A stretch of DNA of 64,000 nt from an uncultured Pseudomonadota bacterium (GCA_963786445.1 CAWAZU010000037.1:5809-69808); one strand, 5' to 3'; positions 36,828 to 47,808 are shown, counted from the stretch's first letter. Translations and numbers: made by a program. Notes: generated by a model from the sequence alone, not told the origin.

Positions 36828-38165
36828 ATGCGAACCGGCGCGCTGCGGGTGGGTTCGATCATCGCGGCCGTTTCGCTGATCCTGCCGCCGCCTGCATTCG
36901 CGCAGACCGCAGCGCCCGCGGCTGCTTCGGCGCCACAAGCCGCAGCCTCTGCCGACTTCAACCCTGAGCAGCTTGATGCGCTGCTGGCGCCGATCGCACT
37001 GTATCCGGACACGCTGCTCGTGCAGGTGCTGATGGCATCAGCGTTCCCGCTCGAAATCGTCGAGGCGTCGCGCTGGCGGGACAAGGACAGCAACCAGGCA
37101 CTCACCGGCGATGCACTGGCGAAGGCGCTGGAGACGCTGGGCTGGGACCCGAGCGTGAAGTCGCTGGTGCCGTTCCCGCAGGTGCTCGCGCAGATGAACG
37201 AGAACCTGAGCTGGACGCAGCAGCTTGGCTACGCGTTTGCCGCGCAGCAGGGCGATGTGATGGATTCCGTCCAGCGGCTGCGCGCGCAGGCGCAGGCCGC
37301 CGGCACGCTCAAGACCACCGAACAGCAGGTGGTCACGACCCGAGCCGTCGTGGACGACGAGGGCGCGCCCACGCCGCAGCAGACGGTCGTGATCCAGCCG
37401 GCGAACCCGCAGGTGGTCTATGTCCCCAGCTACAACCCGACGGTCGTCTACGGCACCTGGCCCTATCCAGCGACGCCGCCGGTGTACCTGCCGCCACCGC
37501 CCGGCTATGCGATCGGGACCGCGCTGGTTACCGGCATGGCGTTTGCGGCCGGGGCCGCGGTGGTCGGTTCGTTGTGGGGCTGGGCCTCGCCGGGCTGGGG
37601 CTGGGGACGCAGCAGCGTCAATGTCAACGTCAACCGCTACAACCACATCACCGTCAACAACGTCCATCGTGCGAACTTCAGCGGCAACCAGTGGCGCCCG
37701 CCGCCGGCGGGCGTCGGCGGCCGGCCGGTGCGGCCGCCGGGCGGCCCGGTCGGCGTTCCGCAGCGCGCCAACGGCCTGCCGCCCAACGCCATCGGACGGC
37801 CCAGCGTGACGGTGCCGGCCAGCGCCGTGAACCGCCCCAATATCGGCGCCGGCGGGAACCGGACGAATGTCGGCCAGGTCACTATCGGCGGCGGCAACAC
37901 GACCAACCGCCCCGGCGTCGGCAGCGGCAACGCCGCCAATCGGCCAGGGGCAACGCCGCAGCGCCAGGTGGCAACTCCCAATCGGCCTGCCGCGCCGCCC
38001 AGAGTCGCGACCAACCGGCCGAACAGTGCGTTTTCGGGCGTCAACGACGGCGCGCGGACCGGCCAGTTCCAGGCGCGCGGCGCGCAGAGCCGCGCCATCC
38101 AGCAGCAGGCACGCGGCGGCAGTGCGGGCGCGCGGAACCCGGGCGTCGCTCGGCGGCCGGGCTGA
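36828..38165 (+). CDS. DUF3300 domain-containing exported protein
   Basis: LDALLAPIALYPDTLLVQVLMASAFPLEIVEASRW is the DUF3300 signature. It has a Pro/Gly/Asn/Arg-rich low-complexity C-terminal half. The ORF is open from 36774. Confidence 0.75.
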   Translation: MRTGALRVGSIIAAVSLILPPPAFAQTAAPAAASAPQAAASADFNPEQLDALLAPIALYPDTLLVQVLMASAFPLEIVEASRWRDKDSNQALTGDALAKALETLGWDPSVKSLVPFPQVLAQMNENLSWTQQLGYAFAAQQGDVMDSVQRLRAQAQAAGTLKTTEQQVVTTRAVVDDEGAPTPQQTVVIQPANPQVVYVPSYNPTVVYGTWPYPATPPVYLPPPPGYAIGTALVTGMAFAAGAAVVGSLWGWASPGWGWGRSSVNVNVNRYNHITVNNVHRANFSGNQWRPPPAGVGGRPVRPPGGPVGVPQRANGLPPNAIGRPSVTVPASAVNRPNIGAGGNRTNVGQVTIGGGNTTNRPGVGSGNAANRPGATPQRQVATPNRPAAPPRVATNRPNSAFSGVNDGARTGQFQARGAQSRAIQQQARGGSAGARNPGVARRPG

Positions 38166-38177
38166 GGGGACAAAGCC

Positions 38178-39146
38178 ATGAGCGACCGCTTCGCCGCGCG
38201 TGCCCTGCTGGCCGCCCTGGCGCTTGCCGGTGGCTGCGTCCTCGGCGGCCTGTCGCCGCATCCGGCCTGGTCGGAGAGCGCGACGGCGCAGGCTGCCCGG
38301 ACCTTCGGCACGCCGGACGCGGCAGTGGACGCGCTGATCGCCGCGCTGCGCGGCAATGATGAGAACGCGCTCCCCGCCATCCTCGGACCTGGCAGCAGCA
38401 AGCTGATCGACAGCGGCGACCACGTTGCCGATACCGAGGCGCGCAAGAGGTTCGTTGCGTCCTACGACGCCAAGCATGCGATCGTCGCCGATGGCGCCGA
38501 CCGCATGGTGCTGCACGTGGGCGTCAACGACTGGCCGATGCCGTTTCCCCTGGAGCAGGCCGGTGGGCGCTGGTATTTCGACAGCCGCCGTGGCGCGCAG
38601 CACATCGTGGACCGGCGGATCGGCCGCAACGAGATCGCCGCCATCCGCACCGCGCTCGCCTTCGTCGATGCCGAAAAGCTGTATTTCAGCCTGATAAACG
38701 AGTCCGGCGCCGGTCAATACGCGCAACGCCTGGTCAGCTCACCGGGTCAGCGTGACGGCCTCTATTGGCCAGCCACCGACGGCGAACCGGAAAGCCCGCT
38801 TGCGCCGCTGGTCGCACAGGCGCAGGACGAGGGCTATCCGGGTGAACTCGTCGCCGGCAAGCCGGCGCCGTACCAGGGCTATTTTTTCCGGATCCTCAAG
38901 GGCCAGGGAGCGAATGCGCCGGGCGGCGCCATGGACTACATCGTTGACGGGCGCATGACCAAGGGCTTCGGCCTGATCGCGTGGCCCGCCCGCTATGGCG
39001 CCTCGGGGATCATGACGTTCGTCGTCAATCAGGACGGCATCGTGTTCCAGAAGGATCTCGGGCGGCAGACCGGTACTCTCGCGCCTGCGACGAAGCTGCT
39101 CGACCCCGACCTGAGCTGGGCGCGCGTCGACCTCGCCGATCAGTAG
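38178..39146 (+). CDS. DUF2950 family exported protein
   Basis: FGTPDAAVDALIAAL......LGP......D.V.D...R..F...Y...H and WPMPFPL...GRWYFD, plus YFRIL...G.NAPGGA..Y, are DUF2950-like. This is the usual partner of DUF3300. Confidence 0.7.
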   Translation: MSDRFAARALLAALALAGGCVLGGLSPHPAWSESATAQAARTFGTPDAAVDALIAALRGNDENALPAILGPGSSKLIDSGDHVADTEARKRFVASYDAKHAIVADGADRMVLHVGVNDWPMPFPLEQAGGRWYFDSRRGAQHIVDRRIGRNEIAAIRTALAFVDAEKLYFSLINESGAGQYAQRLVSSPGQRDGLYWPATDGEPESPLAPLVAQAQDEGYPGELVAGKPAPYQGYFFRILKGQGANAPGGAMDYIVDGRMTKGFGLIAWPARYGASGIMTFVVNQDGIVFQKDLGRQTGTLAPATKLLDPDLSWARVDLADQ

Positions 39147-39335
39147 CCGCCTTCCGCCGGCGGCGCGGGCGCGTCTGCTCGCGGTTCCCAAGATGGTCGA
39201 TGTCTGCCGGAAGCTCCCTGAAACGGTTGTTCGGGATCGAGCCATGGCGGATGATAAGGGCGGCCCGGAATCGGCCGGGGCCGTTACCAGATGCGACGGC
39301 GGCTTCTGGTCTTCGCCGATATCGTGGGAGGTTTC

Positions 39336-40388
39336 GTGACCGAACCAGCAGGACGGACAATAAGGCAGCGTGCGCTGTTCGGCTTTGACACGGCGTGGCT
39401 CGCAAAGCATCGCGAACCGGCCCTCGAACCCGAGCTGCCGATCATCGATCCGCATCATCATTTGTGGGACCGCGACTCACGCTACCTGTTCGACGAGTTC
39501 TCCGCCGACGTCGCGACCGGACACGACATCCGCGCGAGCGTGTTCGTGCAGTGCGACGAGATGTATCGTGCCGACGGCGACCCGGCCTTGGCGCCGGTGG
39601 GCGAGACGGAATTCGTGAACGGTGTCGCGGCAATGAGCGCGAGCGGCCAGTACGGCCCTGCCCGCGTCTGTGCCGGGATCGTCGGGTTTGCCGACTTCCT
39701 GCTCGGGGCGCAGGTCGATGCGGTGCTGGAGGCGCATCTCCGCGCCGCCGGCGACCGGTTCCGCGGCATCCGCGCCCGCTCGGTCTGGGATGCCGACCCG
39801 ACGATCAAGGGATCGGCCAGCGACTTCCCGAAAGGCCTTCTGCTCGACGCGCAGTTTCGCGAAGGCTACGCCCGCCTCGCCCGCTACGGCCTGTCCTTCG
39901 ACGCCTGGCTGTTCCATCCGCAGATCCCCGAGCTTGCGGACCTCGCCGGGGCATTTCCCGACACGATGGTCGTGCTTGATCATATCGGCGCCCCACTCGG
40001 CATCGGCGTGTATGCCGCAAAGACGGACGAGGTGTTCGAGCACTGGCGTCGCAACATGGCCGAACTGGCCCGGCGCCCCAACGTCGTGGTGAAGCTCGGC
40101 GGGCTGGGCATGCACCTGTTCGGCTTCGACGTCGACTTCGCGCATCGCGACTCCCCGGCCCCCTCCGAGGAACTGGCGCGGCTCTGGCGCCCCTACCTGG
40201 AAACCTGCATCGAAATCTTCGGCCACGACCGCTGCATGTTCGAGAGCAATTTCCCGGTGGACAAGCGGGCCGCCAGCTACGCCGTGCTGTGGAACGCATT
40301 CAAGCGGGTGGCCGCCGCCAGCTCGGCCACGGAGAAGGCCGCGCTGTTCCACGACACCGCCCGGCGGGTGTACCGCTTGGCGGTCTGA
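39336..40388 (+). CDS. Amidohydrolase-2 family metal-dependent hydrolase
   Basis: GTG start follows GGGAGG. IIDPHHHLWD..., VVLDHIGAP..., MFESNFPVDK are amidohydrolase_2 (TIM-barrel) motifs. Confidence 0.75.
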   Translation: MTEPAGRTIRQRALFGFDTAWLAKHREPALEPELPIIDPHHHLWDRDSRYLFDEFSADVATGHDIRASVFVQCDEMYRADGDPALAPVGETEFVNGVAAMSASGQYGPARVCAGIVGFADFLLGAQVDAVLEAHLRAAGDRFRGIRARSVWDADPTIKGSASDFPKGLLLDAQFREGYARLARYGLSFDAWLFHPQIPELADLAGAFPDTMVVLDHIGAPLGIGVYAAKTDEVFEHWRRNMAELARRPNVVVKLGGLGMHLFGFDVDFAHRDSPAPSEELARLWRPYLETCIEIFGHDRCMFESNFPVDKRAASYAVLWNAFKRVAAASSATEKAALFHDTARRVYRLAV

Positions 40389-40415
40389 CAGGGCGGCGCC
40401 GCAAACCCGCGCCGG

Positions 40416-41933
40416 CTAGGCAAGGTAGCACTGCGCGGCGATGCGCGCCTCCGTCAACGCCTCGCCGCCCAGTTCGCCGGCGATCTCGCCGTGGCGGAAG
40501 ATCAGGACGCGGTGGCAGAGGTGGGCAAGCTCGTCGTATTCGGCGGAGGCGATCAGGACCGCCGTGCCGGAGGCCGCGATGTCCGCGATCTTCTGCAGCA
40601 GCTGCCGCCGCGAGCCGACGTCCACGCCCTGCGTCGGCTCGTGCAGCAGCATCGCCAGCGGATCGGTCCGCAGCCATTTCCCCAGCAGCGCCTTCTGCTG
40701 GTTGCCGCCGCTCAGCGTGCGCAGCCGCCGGTCGGGATCGGCGGGGCGCACATCGAGCATGTCGAGCACAATCTGCACCGCCCGTCGTTCGGCCCGATGG
40801 TGCAACCAGCCATTCCGCATGAAGCGGCCGCCGTCCGTCATCGCGACGTTCTCCAGCAGCGTCGCGTTGGGGATGCCGCTCTGGCGCTGCCGGTCGGCCG
40901 GCAGCAGCGCCATGCCGGCTTCGATGGCCCGCTCCGGCGTGAGACCGGGGAGCGGCCGGTCCCCGACCCGCACGGTGCCGCCGCTCGCGCGCTCCGCGCC
41001 GAACACGAGGTAGGGCACCTCGTCGTGTCCCATGCCGAGCAGGCCGGTCAGGCCGAGGATTTCGCCTGCGTGGACATCGAAGGTGGCGTTGCGCACCATG
41101 CGGCCGCAAAGTCCCTCGACACCGAGGACGCGCCGGCCGCACGCCGCCGTGCGGGCGGGATACAGCGTCTCCAGCTCACGGCCCAGCATTGCCGCGACGA
41201 GTTGCCGCGCGCTCGTCTGCGCGGTCGTGACGGTCTGCACCAGCTGCCCGTCGCGCAGCACCGAAACCCGGTCGGCGATCTCCATGATCTCGTCGAGCCG
41301 ATGGCTGACGAAGATCACCCCGGACCCGCGCCGCGCCACATCCCGCATGGCGCCGAACAGGGTCTTGACCGACGGCGCAGGCAGGAAGGCGGTCGGCTCG
41401 TCGAGCACCAGGACGTCGCCGCGCCCGTGGTCGAGGTCCTGCATCGCGCGCGCGAAACCGAGCAGGGCGCGCTCGGCCGCCGGCACGTCGCGGACGCGCG
41501 TATCGGGATCGATGTCCAGCCGCATCGCGGCGAGCGTCTCCCGTGCCGCCCGCCGCTCCTCCGGCCAGCGCACGCGGCCGTAGGACGTCGTCCGGTATCG
41601 TCCGGCGCGCAGGTTCTCCAGCACCGTCATGGTGCCGACGACGCCCACGTCCTGATGCAGGAAATGAAGCCCGAGCCGCCGCGCGTCCCCGGGCCGGATC
41701 GGCAGGGGGACGCGCTCGCCGCGCAGCGCGACGCTGCCGCGGTCGGGCGCGTGATAGCCCGACAGCAGCTTGATGAGCGTGGACTTGCCGGATCCGTTCT
41801 GGCCGATCAGCGCGTGGATCTCGCCCGTGCGGACATCGAGATCGACCGACGACAGCACCCGCACGCCGCTGAAGCTCTTGGTAAGGCCGCGGAGTTCCAG
41901 CAGGGCGGGCCGACGGTCCGGCATGGCCGGCAT
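40416..41933 (-). CDS. Sugar ABC transporter ATP-binding protein (duplicated ABC domains)
   Basis: 505 aa. Walker A GQNGSGKST. There are two signature motifs (SHRLDEI context and LSGGNQQK), typical of the RbsA/MglA type. Confidence 0.85.
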   Translation of the reverse strand: MPAMPDRRPALLELRGLTKSFSGVRVLSSVDLDVRTGEIHALIGQNGSGKSTLIKLLSGYHAPDRGSVALRGERVPLPIRPGDARRLGLHFLHQDVGVVGTMTVLENLRAGRYRTTSYGRVRWPEERRAARETLAAMRLDIDPDTRVRDVPAAERALLGFARAMQDLDHGRGDVLVLDEPTAFLPAPSVKTLFGAMRDVARRGSGVIFVSHRLDEIMEIADRVSVLRDGQLVQTVTTAQTSARQLVAAMLGRELETLYPARTAACGRRVLGVEGLCGRMVRNATFDVHAGEILGLTGLLGMGHDEVPYLVFGAERASGGTVRVGDRPLPGLTPERAIEAGMALLPADRQRQSGIPNATLLENVAMTDGGRFMRNGWLHHRAERRAVQIVLDMLDVRPADPDRRLRTLSGGNQQKALLGKWLRTDPLAMLLHEPTQGVDVGSRRQLLQKIADIAASGTAVLIASAEYDELAHLCHRVLIFRHGEIAGELGGEALTEARIAAQCYLA

Positions 41934-41953
41934 CGGCCCTGTCGCGCCCCCGT

Positions 41954-43084
41954 CTATGGCAGGCCCCAGAGCTTGCGGTACTCGGCGACGAAGTCGCCGC
42001 CGAACAGCGCGTTCTCGTCGTTGGACACGTTCTCCAGGTTCGCCTTGACGAACAGCCGCAGCGGAATCTGCTCATCGACGGCCGTCAGGCCGAGCATCCC
42101 GCGCGCCACCTCGTCGATCGCCGCCCAGCCGCACCACACGTCCGGCTCGCCCACGTCCGCGACCTGCACGTTGCCCTGGCGGATCCAGTTCAGATTGCCG
42201 TCCACGGCATCGGACCCGACGACCGCGGGCGGGTTGCTGAGATTGGCGGCCTTGATCGCCGGCACGATGTAGATCGCCTGCGCGTCGTAGGTCGGCAACA
42301 CCGTGGTCACGTCGGGATCGCGCCGCAGCAGCGTCTGCGCCATCTGCCCGAGCCGCACGCCGAGATTGCCGACCTGGGTGTCCTGCACGATGACGGTGCA
42401 GTCCGGGCACAGCGTCTTGAACTCGTGCCGCATCCCTTCGACGCGCGACACCTCGCCCGGGAACTCGTTGTCGCCGAAGATCAACACATGCGCCTTGCCG
42501 CCCGAACTGGCGATCGCATAGTCCGCCTGGATCTGGCCGGAGTGGTAGAACGAGATCGTCACGTGGGCGAAGGTGCCGGGCACCAGCGGCGCCGCCTTGT
42601 CGGCCGTCAGCGCATCGACCACCGGAATCTTGGCGGCGAGCGCGTCAGCGGTCGGCCCCTTCATCAGTTCCGGCGAGGCGCCGACCGTGACGATCCCGTC
42701 GGCGTGCTGGCTGACGGCCTGCGCCATGCCGCGGTTCCACTCCGACACGTCGCCCTTGCCGTCGAACAGCGTGGTACCGAGGCCGGCGACCTTCGCCGCG
42801 GCTTCGACGCCGTGGGCGATCGTGGCAACGAACGGGACCGCCATGGTCGATGTGATGATCCAGACGTGCTTGCCCTTCAGCTTGCCGATGTCGAAGCCGG
42901 CGCCAGGGGCAACGAAGCTCGGCCGCGCCTCGGCCTTCGCGACCTCGGCCTGGGCCTGCGCAACCCCGTCGGCGGCCTGCGACGGCGCGGCCGGCAGCAG
43001 CGCCCAGGCGGCGCCGGCGGCAAGGAAGAGCATGGCGGCGCGGGCGCGGCGCCCCCACCGGATCGGACGTTTCAGCGAGCGCAT
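41954..43084 (-). CDS. Sugar ABC transporter periplasmic substrate-binding protein
   Basis: Signal AAMLFLAAGAAWALLPAAPSQA. It has a periplasmic-binding-protein type I layout and sits between the permease and ATPase genes. Confidence 0.75.
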   Translation of the reverse strand: MRSLKRPIRWGRRARAAMLFLAAGAAWALLPAAPSQAADGVAQAQAEVAKAEARPSFVAPGAGFDIGKLKGKHVWIITSTMAVPFVATIAHGVEAAAKVAGLGTTLFDGKGDVSEWNRGMAQAVSQHADGIVTVGASPELMKGPTADALAAKIPVVDALTADKAAPLVPGTFAHVTISFYHSGQIQADYAIASSGGKAHVLIFGDNEFPGEVSRVEGMRHEFKTLCPDCTVIVQDTQVGNLGVRLGQMAQTLLRRDPDVTTVLPTYDAQAIYIVPAIKAANLSNPPAVVGSDAVDGNLNWIRQGNVQVADVGEPDVWCGWAAIDEVARGMLGLTAVDEQIPLRLFVKANLENVSNDENALFGGDFVAEYRKLWGLP

Positions 43085-43164
43085 TCGAGACTCCCTCCTG
43101 TTGTTTCCTTGCGGCCTGTTCCGGCGACGGACGCGGATCGCCGCGTCCGTGCCGGCGAAGTCGG

Positions 43165-44104
43165 CTAGACGGCCTGCCCCCGCGCGACCAGGCGCGCAAA
43201 GGTCACGGCGATCAGCAGGGCGATGCCGTTGAACATCTCCTGCACCCAGGACGAGGAGCCGAGCAACTCCAGGCCGGTGACGCCGGTGATCAGCAGGTAG
43301 AGCGCGACGACGGTGCCCCAGGCGTTGAAGCGGCCCGGCTTGATCGTGGTCGCGCCGAGAAAGGCGGCGGCGTAGGCCGGCAGCAGGAAGCTTGGCCCGA
43401 CGGACGGATCGGCGGCGCCGAGTTGCCCGGCGGTGAAGACGCCGGCAAGCGCACTGATGGCCCCCGAGGCGATGAAGGCGCCGAAGCGCAGCCGGTCCAC
43501 GCGCAGCCCGACGAGTCGCGCCGCCTCCCGGCCTTCCCCCACGAAGTAGAGGTTCCGCCCGAGCGGCGTGTGCTCGTAGACGTACCAGAGCAGGAACGAG
43601 AGCGCAAACGCCAGGTAGACCGGCACGGGAAAGCCGAAGACCCGGTGCTGCACGAAGGTGCTGAGCGGCGGCGCGACCGTGTCGAGGATCTGCCCGCCGG
43701 AGACGGCCAGCGTCAGGCCGGTGAGAATCGTCGAGGTGCCGAGCGTGCCGATGAAGGCGTTGACGCCGACCCGGACGACGAAAAACCCGTTGAGCGTCCC
43801 GGCCGCCACGCCGACCAGGATGGTGGCGACGACCACGGCCGCCGAGCGGCCAGTGCATCTCGCCGGTGAAGAAGGCGGTCAGCACCGCGGCGGCGCCAAG
43901 CATGGAGCCGATCGACAGGTCGAACTCCCCGGTGGTGAGCGGCAGGGTCAGGCCGAGGGCGAGGATCATCAGCACGGCCTGCGAACTGACGATGGTCCGC
44001 ATGTTGCCGAGCGTGAAGAAGGTCCGCGGCAGTAGAATGGAGAAACCGACGAGGAAGGCGGCGAGCGCGATCACCACGGCATAGCGGTAAACGATCAGGC
44101 GCAT
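43165..44104 (-). pseudogene. Sugar ABC permease (RbsC/AraH type) with one frameshift near 43840
   Basis: The N-terminal 85 aa (MRLIVYRYAVVIALAAF...LTTGEFDLSIGS...) are in one frame. The remainder (VVVATILVGVAAGTLNGFFVV...) is in another. The junction is at ggccgctcggcggcc. Confidence 0.75.
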
Positions 44105-44326
44105 CGCCGGCCCGCGCTTCCGCCCGCCCCCGTCCGGCCGGACGCCCGCCCCGAGCGGATGCGCGAGCGTGTCCTCGAGCGCCGCCCCGGCCGCGCCGCG
44201 TGGACGCCGTCTCCCCTCATCCCGGCCGTTGCCGCGGTCCTGCTGCATGCGACCAACGATGCCTTGCATTCGCGATCCGACGCCAGCTAATATATTACCA
44301 CCATATCAGAGACCGCCTCAAGCGCA

Positions 44327-45172
44327 ATGACGTGTCTGATGTTCACGCCCGCCCTGCGCAGTGACCGCGCCCTCAAGGCGTGGTCGTACGGCGTCGATTC
44401 GGTCATCCTCGACCTCGAGGACGCGGTGCCGGCGGATCGCAAGGACGAAGCGCGGGCCGCGGCTGCGTCCCTGCTCGGCACGCTGGCGAAGCCCTGGACG
44501 GTGCGCATCAACGACCTCGCATCCCCGTGGTGGCGGGACGACATCGCGTCGGTGCTGCACCCCAACCTGGCCTGCCTCATGGTCCCGAAGGTGCAGTCGG
44601 CGGATATGATCTGCGCCGTCAGCGATATATTGGGGAGCCATGAGGCGCGGGTTGCCCGGCCGGAGCCGGTCCGGCTGCTGCCGATCATCGAAAGCGTGCA
44701 GGGCCTCGCCGAGGCGCGCGCCATCGCCCGGGCGAGCCGCCGCGTCGCCGCCCTCACCTTCGGCGAGGGCGATTTCTCACTCGATCTCGGCCTCGACTGG
44801 GACCCGTTCGGCACGACGCTGACGGTGGCCAAGGTGCAGTTGGTGCTCGACTCCCGGCTTGCCGGGATCGAACCGCCGCATGCGGGCGCCTATCCGCGCC
44901 TGCGCGACGACGAGGGGCTGGAGCGAAGCTGCGCATTGGCGAAAAGCCTCGGCTTCGCCACCAAGCACTGCATCCATCCGGAGCAGGTGCCGACGGTGCG
45001 GCGCGTGTTCGCGCCGGCGCCGGCGCGGCTGGCGCAGGCGCGCGAGATCGTCGCGCGGTTCGAGGCCGCGCTCGCCGGCGGCTCCGCCGCGATCGAGGTG
45101 GACGGCGGCTTCGTGGACTATCCCGTGTATCGGCGCGCACAGCAGACGCTCAGGGATGCGGAACGGCCATGA
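44327..45172 (+). CDS. HpcH/HpaI aldolase / citrate lyase beta (CitE)-like CoA-ester lyase
   Basis: MFTPA...D.VILDLEDAV......AR and IESVQGL...FGEGDFSLDLG are CitE-family motifs. Confidence 0.75.
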   Translation: MTCLMFTPALRSDRALKAWSYGVDSVILDLEDAVPADRKDEARAAAASLLGTLAKPWTVRINDLASPWWRDDIASVLHPNLACLMVPKVQSADMICAVSDILGSHEARVARPEPVRLLPIIESVQGLAEARAIARASRRVAALTFGEGDFSLDLGLDWDPFGTTLTVAKVQLVLDSRLAGIEPPHAGAYPRLRDDEGLERSCALAKSLGFATKHCIHPEQVPTVRRVFAPAPARLAQAREIVARFEAALAGGSAAIEVDGGFVDYPVYRRAQQTLRDAERP

Positions 45173-45224
45173 ACGCGCCGTGCTGCCGCCAGGCCGCGCC
45201 CGCATTGGCGCAGGACTAGCGGCG

Positions 45225-46412
45225 ATGGGCTTGTTCAGCGGATACCGCGTGGTCGATGTCGCGACCCTGTTCGCCGGCCCGCTCGCCGCGACGCTGCTCG
45301 GTGACCACGGCGCCGAGGTGATCAAGATCGAGCACCCGCGCGGCGACGACGTCCGCCGCTGGGGCGGGCAGAAGGATGGCAAGTCGCTGTGGTGGAAGGT
45401 GATCTCGCGCAACAAGCGTTGCGCCGCGATCGACCTCAACCACCGGCAGGGCCAGCAGGCGGTCCGGGACCTGGTCGCGCACGCGGATGTCCTGGTCGAG
45501 AACTTCCGGCCCGGCCGGATGGAGGCGTGGGGCCTGGGTTGGGAGGACCTGCACCGTCTCAACCCGCGCCTCGTGATGCTGCGCATGACCGGGTTCGGTC
45601 AGCAGGGGCCATACAGCGGCTTCGCCGGATTCGGCACGCTGGCCGAGGCGATGAGCGGCTTCGCCGACATCACCGGGCAGCCGGACGGGCCGCCGACCCT
45701 GCCGCCCTTCGGGCTGGCCGACGGCATCGCCGGCATCGCCGGCGCTTTCGCGGTCGCCGGCGCGCTGCTCAAGCGCGAGCGCACCGGCGAGGGCGAACTG
45801 ATCGACGTGGCGCTCTACGAGCCGCTGATGTGGATCCTCGGCTCCTCCCTGGTGGAGTTCGACCAGCTTGGGATCATCCAGAAGCGCAGCGGCAACCAGT
45901 CTTCCCGCTCCTCGCCGCGCAATACCTATCCGACGAAGGACGGCAAATGGATCGCGCTGTCGGCCAGCGCGGATTCGATCGCGCGCCGCGTGCTGACGGC
46001 CATCGGCCGCCCCGACCTCGCGACCCATCCCGACTACGCCACGAACCGCGAACGCATCCGTCGCCGCGACCAGATCGACGCGCTGGTCACGCAATGGACC
46101 ATGAGCCTCGACCAGGCCGAGGCGCTCGCGGCGCTGCGCGCCGCAGATGCCGCCGTCGCGCCGATCTACGACGTAAGCCAGGTCGCGGCCGATCCGCATT
46201 TCCGTGCGCGCGGCAGCGTGACGACGGTGGACGATCCGGATTTTGGGCCGTTGACCATGCAGGGCGTGTTCCCGCGGGTGGTCGGCGACCCGGCCTCGAT
46301 CCGCACGACGCCGCCCGACGCGATCGGCGCGCAGACCGATGAGGTGCTGCGGGAGGTCGGCTACGACGCCGACCGGCTGGCGGCGCTGCGCCGGGACGGA
46401 GCGATCCGCTGA
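45225..46412 (+). CDS. Family III CoA-transferase (CaiB/BaiF)
   Basis: RVVDVATLFAGPLAATLLGDHGAEVIKIE...DVLVENFRPG...LNPRLVMLRMTGFG is the CaiB/BaiF signature. Confidence 0.85.
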   Translation: MGLFSGYRVVDVATLFAGPLAATLLGDHGAEVIKIEHPRGDDVRRWGGQKDGKSLWWKVISRNKRCAAIDLNHRQGQQAVRDLVAHADVLVENFRPGRMEAWGLGWEDLHRLNPRLVMLRMTGFGQQGPYSGFAGFGTLAEAMSGFADITGQPDGPPTLPPFGLADGIAGIAGAFAVAGALLKRERTGEGELIDVALYEPLMWILGSSLVEFDQLGIIQKRSGNQSSRSSPRNTYPTKDGKWIALSASADSIARRVLTAIGRPDLATHPDYATNRERIRRRDQIDALVTQWTMSLDQAEALAALRAADAAVAPIYDVSQVAADPHFRARGSVTTVDDPDFGPLTMQGVFPRVVGDPASIRTTPPDAIGAQTDEVLREVGYDADRLAALRRDGAIR

Positions 46413-47089
46413 TGCCCGCAATCTCGCAGACCAAGACCGACCGCGCCATCCGCGAAATCCGCGCCCGCATCCTGAACCGCCAGTTGCGGCCAGGCGAGAT
46501 GGTGCGGCAGGGCGCGCTCGCCAGCGAGATGCAGCTTGGCATCACGCCGGTGCGGGAGGCGCTCCTGCAACTCGCCAGCGAAGGGCTGGTGACGAAGATT
46601 CCCTATGTCGGGGTCGTCGTCGCCGACATGACCGCCGAGTCGACGCACCAGATCTACGAGGTGCGCCGGCTGCTGGAGGCGTATGCGACGCGCCAGGCCT
46701 GCTTGCGGGCGACCGCCTCGGAGATCGCGCATTTCCGCGACGCCAACGAGCACATGGCGGCAGCACTCTCCGCCGAGGAGCCGGAACGCTATAGGCAACT
46801 CAACCAGGATTTCCACATGGCGATCTATCGTCTGGCCGGGAATCCCGCGCTGCACGAGATCATCGCGGCGCAATGGCGGCGGTTCCCGCGCGACACGCTC
46901 GTCCTGATGGAGCACCGCATGGCACAGTCCCTCGCCGAGCACCGCAAGATCGTCGCGGCCTTCGAGCAGCGTGACGCAGGCTATGCCGAGGCGCTGATGG
47001 CGGCGCATATCGGCGCGGCGCAGCATGAGGTCGCCGCCCTGGTCACGGAGCGCTCGCCTTCTCCCGACAGCACCGGCGCCGCGCCATGA
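46412..47089 (+). CDS. GntR family transcriptional regulator (FCD C-terminal domain)
   Basis: The N-terminal winged HTH (IRARILNRQLRPGEMVRQGALASEMQLGITPVREAL) is followed by an FCD-type helical domain with His residues. Confidence 0.8.
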   Translation: MPAISQTKTDRAIREIRARILNRQLRPGEMVRQGALASEMQLGITPVREALLQLASEGLVTKIPYVGVVVADMTAESTHQIYEVRRLLEAYATRQACLRATASEIAHFRDANEHMAAALSAEEPERYRQLNQDFHMAIYRLAGNPALHEIIAAQWRRFPRDTLVLMEHRMAQSLAEHRKIVAAFEQRDAGYAEALMAAHIGAAQHEVAALVTERSPSPDSTGAAP

Positions 47090-47808
47090 GCGGCCACGGG
47101 CTTTACCGGCCGCAGGCCACCCTGCGGGACGAGGACTTCGAGCGCATCGCGCGGGCGGGATTCGGACGGCGCATGGGCATCGGCCACCGTCCCGCCGTGC
47201 TGTGCATCGACGCGCAGCGCTACATGTTCGGCGAAGACGGGCGCGACGACGCCTATCCGTCGAGTTGCGGCCCGGAGGCCCGCCATGCGCTGCCGCGGCT
47301 GCAACGACTGCTCGACGCCGCCCGGCAGCGCGGATGGTTCGTCGTGTTCACCCGGTTCGTCATCGACGACCCGGAGGACATGGGAGTGTACGGCCGCAAG
47401 CGCGCGTTCTCCGACTCGCCGAACTGGTGCCGGCGCGGCACGCCGGGCGCCGAGATCGTGCCGGACCTGGGCCCGCGCGGCGGCGACCGCGTGATCGTCA
47501 AGAAGAAGCCGAGCGCCTTCTTCGGCACCCCGCTCGCCGCGATGCTGATCGACCGCGGCGTGGACACCGTCATCGTCTGCGGCGGTTCCACCAGCAACTG
47601 CGTGCGGGCCACGGTGTTCGATTCCTCCTCCTACAATTTCCGCACGATCGTGGTGGCCGACGCGGTGATCGACCGCGTGAAGGCATCGCAGGAGATGAGC
47701 CTGTTCGACATGGACCGCCAGTTCGCCGACGTGATGTCGCTGGACGCGCTGCTGGAGATGGCCGGTGGCCCCGACCCGCGCGGCGGTGCGGCGCACGCGG
47801 ATGGCTGA
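47086..47808 (+). CDS. Isochorismatase-family cysteine hydrolase
   Basis: VLCIDAQ..., KKKPSAFFGTPL...L...GVDTVIVCGGSTSNCVRAT carries the catalytic Cys motif of the isochorismatase/amidase family. Confidence 0.8.
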   Translation: MSGHGLYRPQATLRDEDFERIARAGFGRRMGIGHRPAVLCIDAQRYMFGEDGRDDAYPSSCGPEARHALPRLQRLLDAARQRGWFVVFTRFVIDDPEDMGVYGRKRAFSDSPNWCRRGTPGAEIVPDLGPRGGDRVIVKKKPSAFFGTPLAAMLIDRGVDTVIVCGGSTSNCVRATVFDSSSYNFRTIVVADAVIDRVKASQEMSLFDMDRQFADVMSLDALLEMAGGPDPRGGAAHADG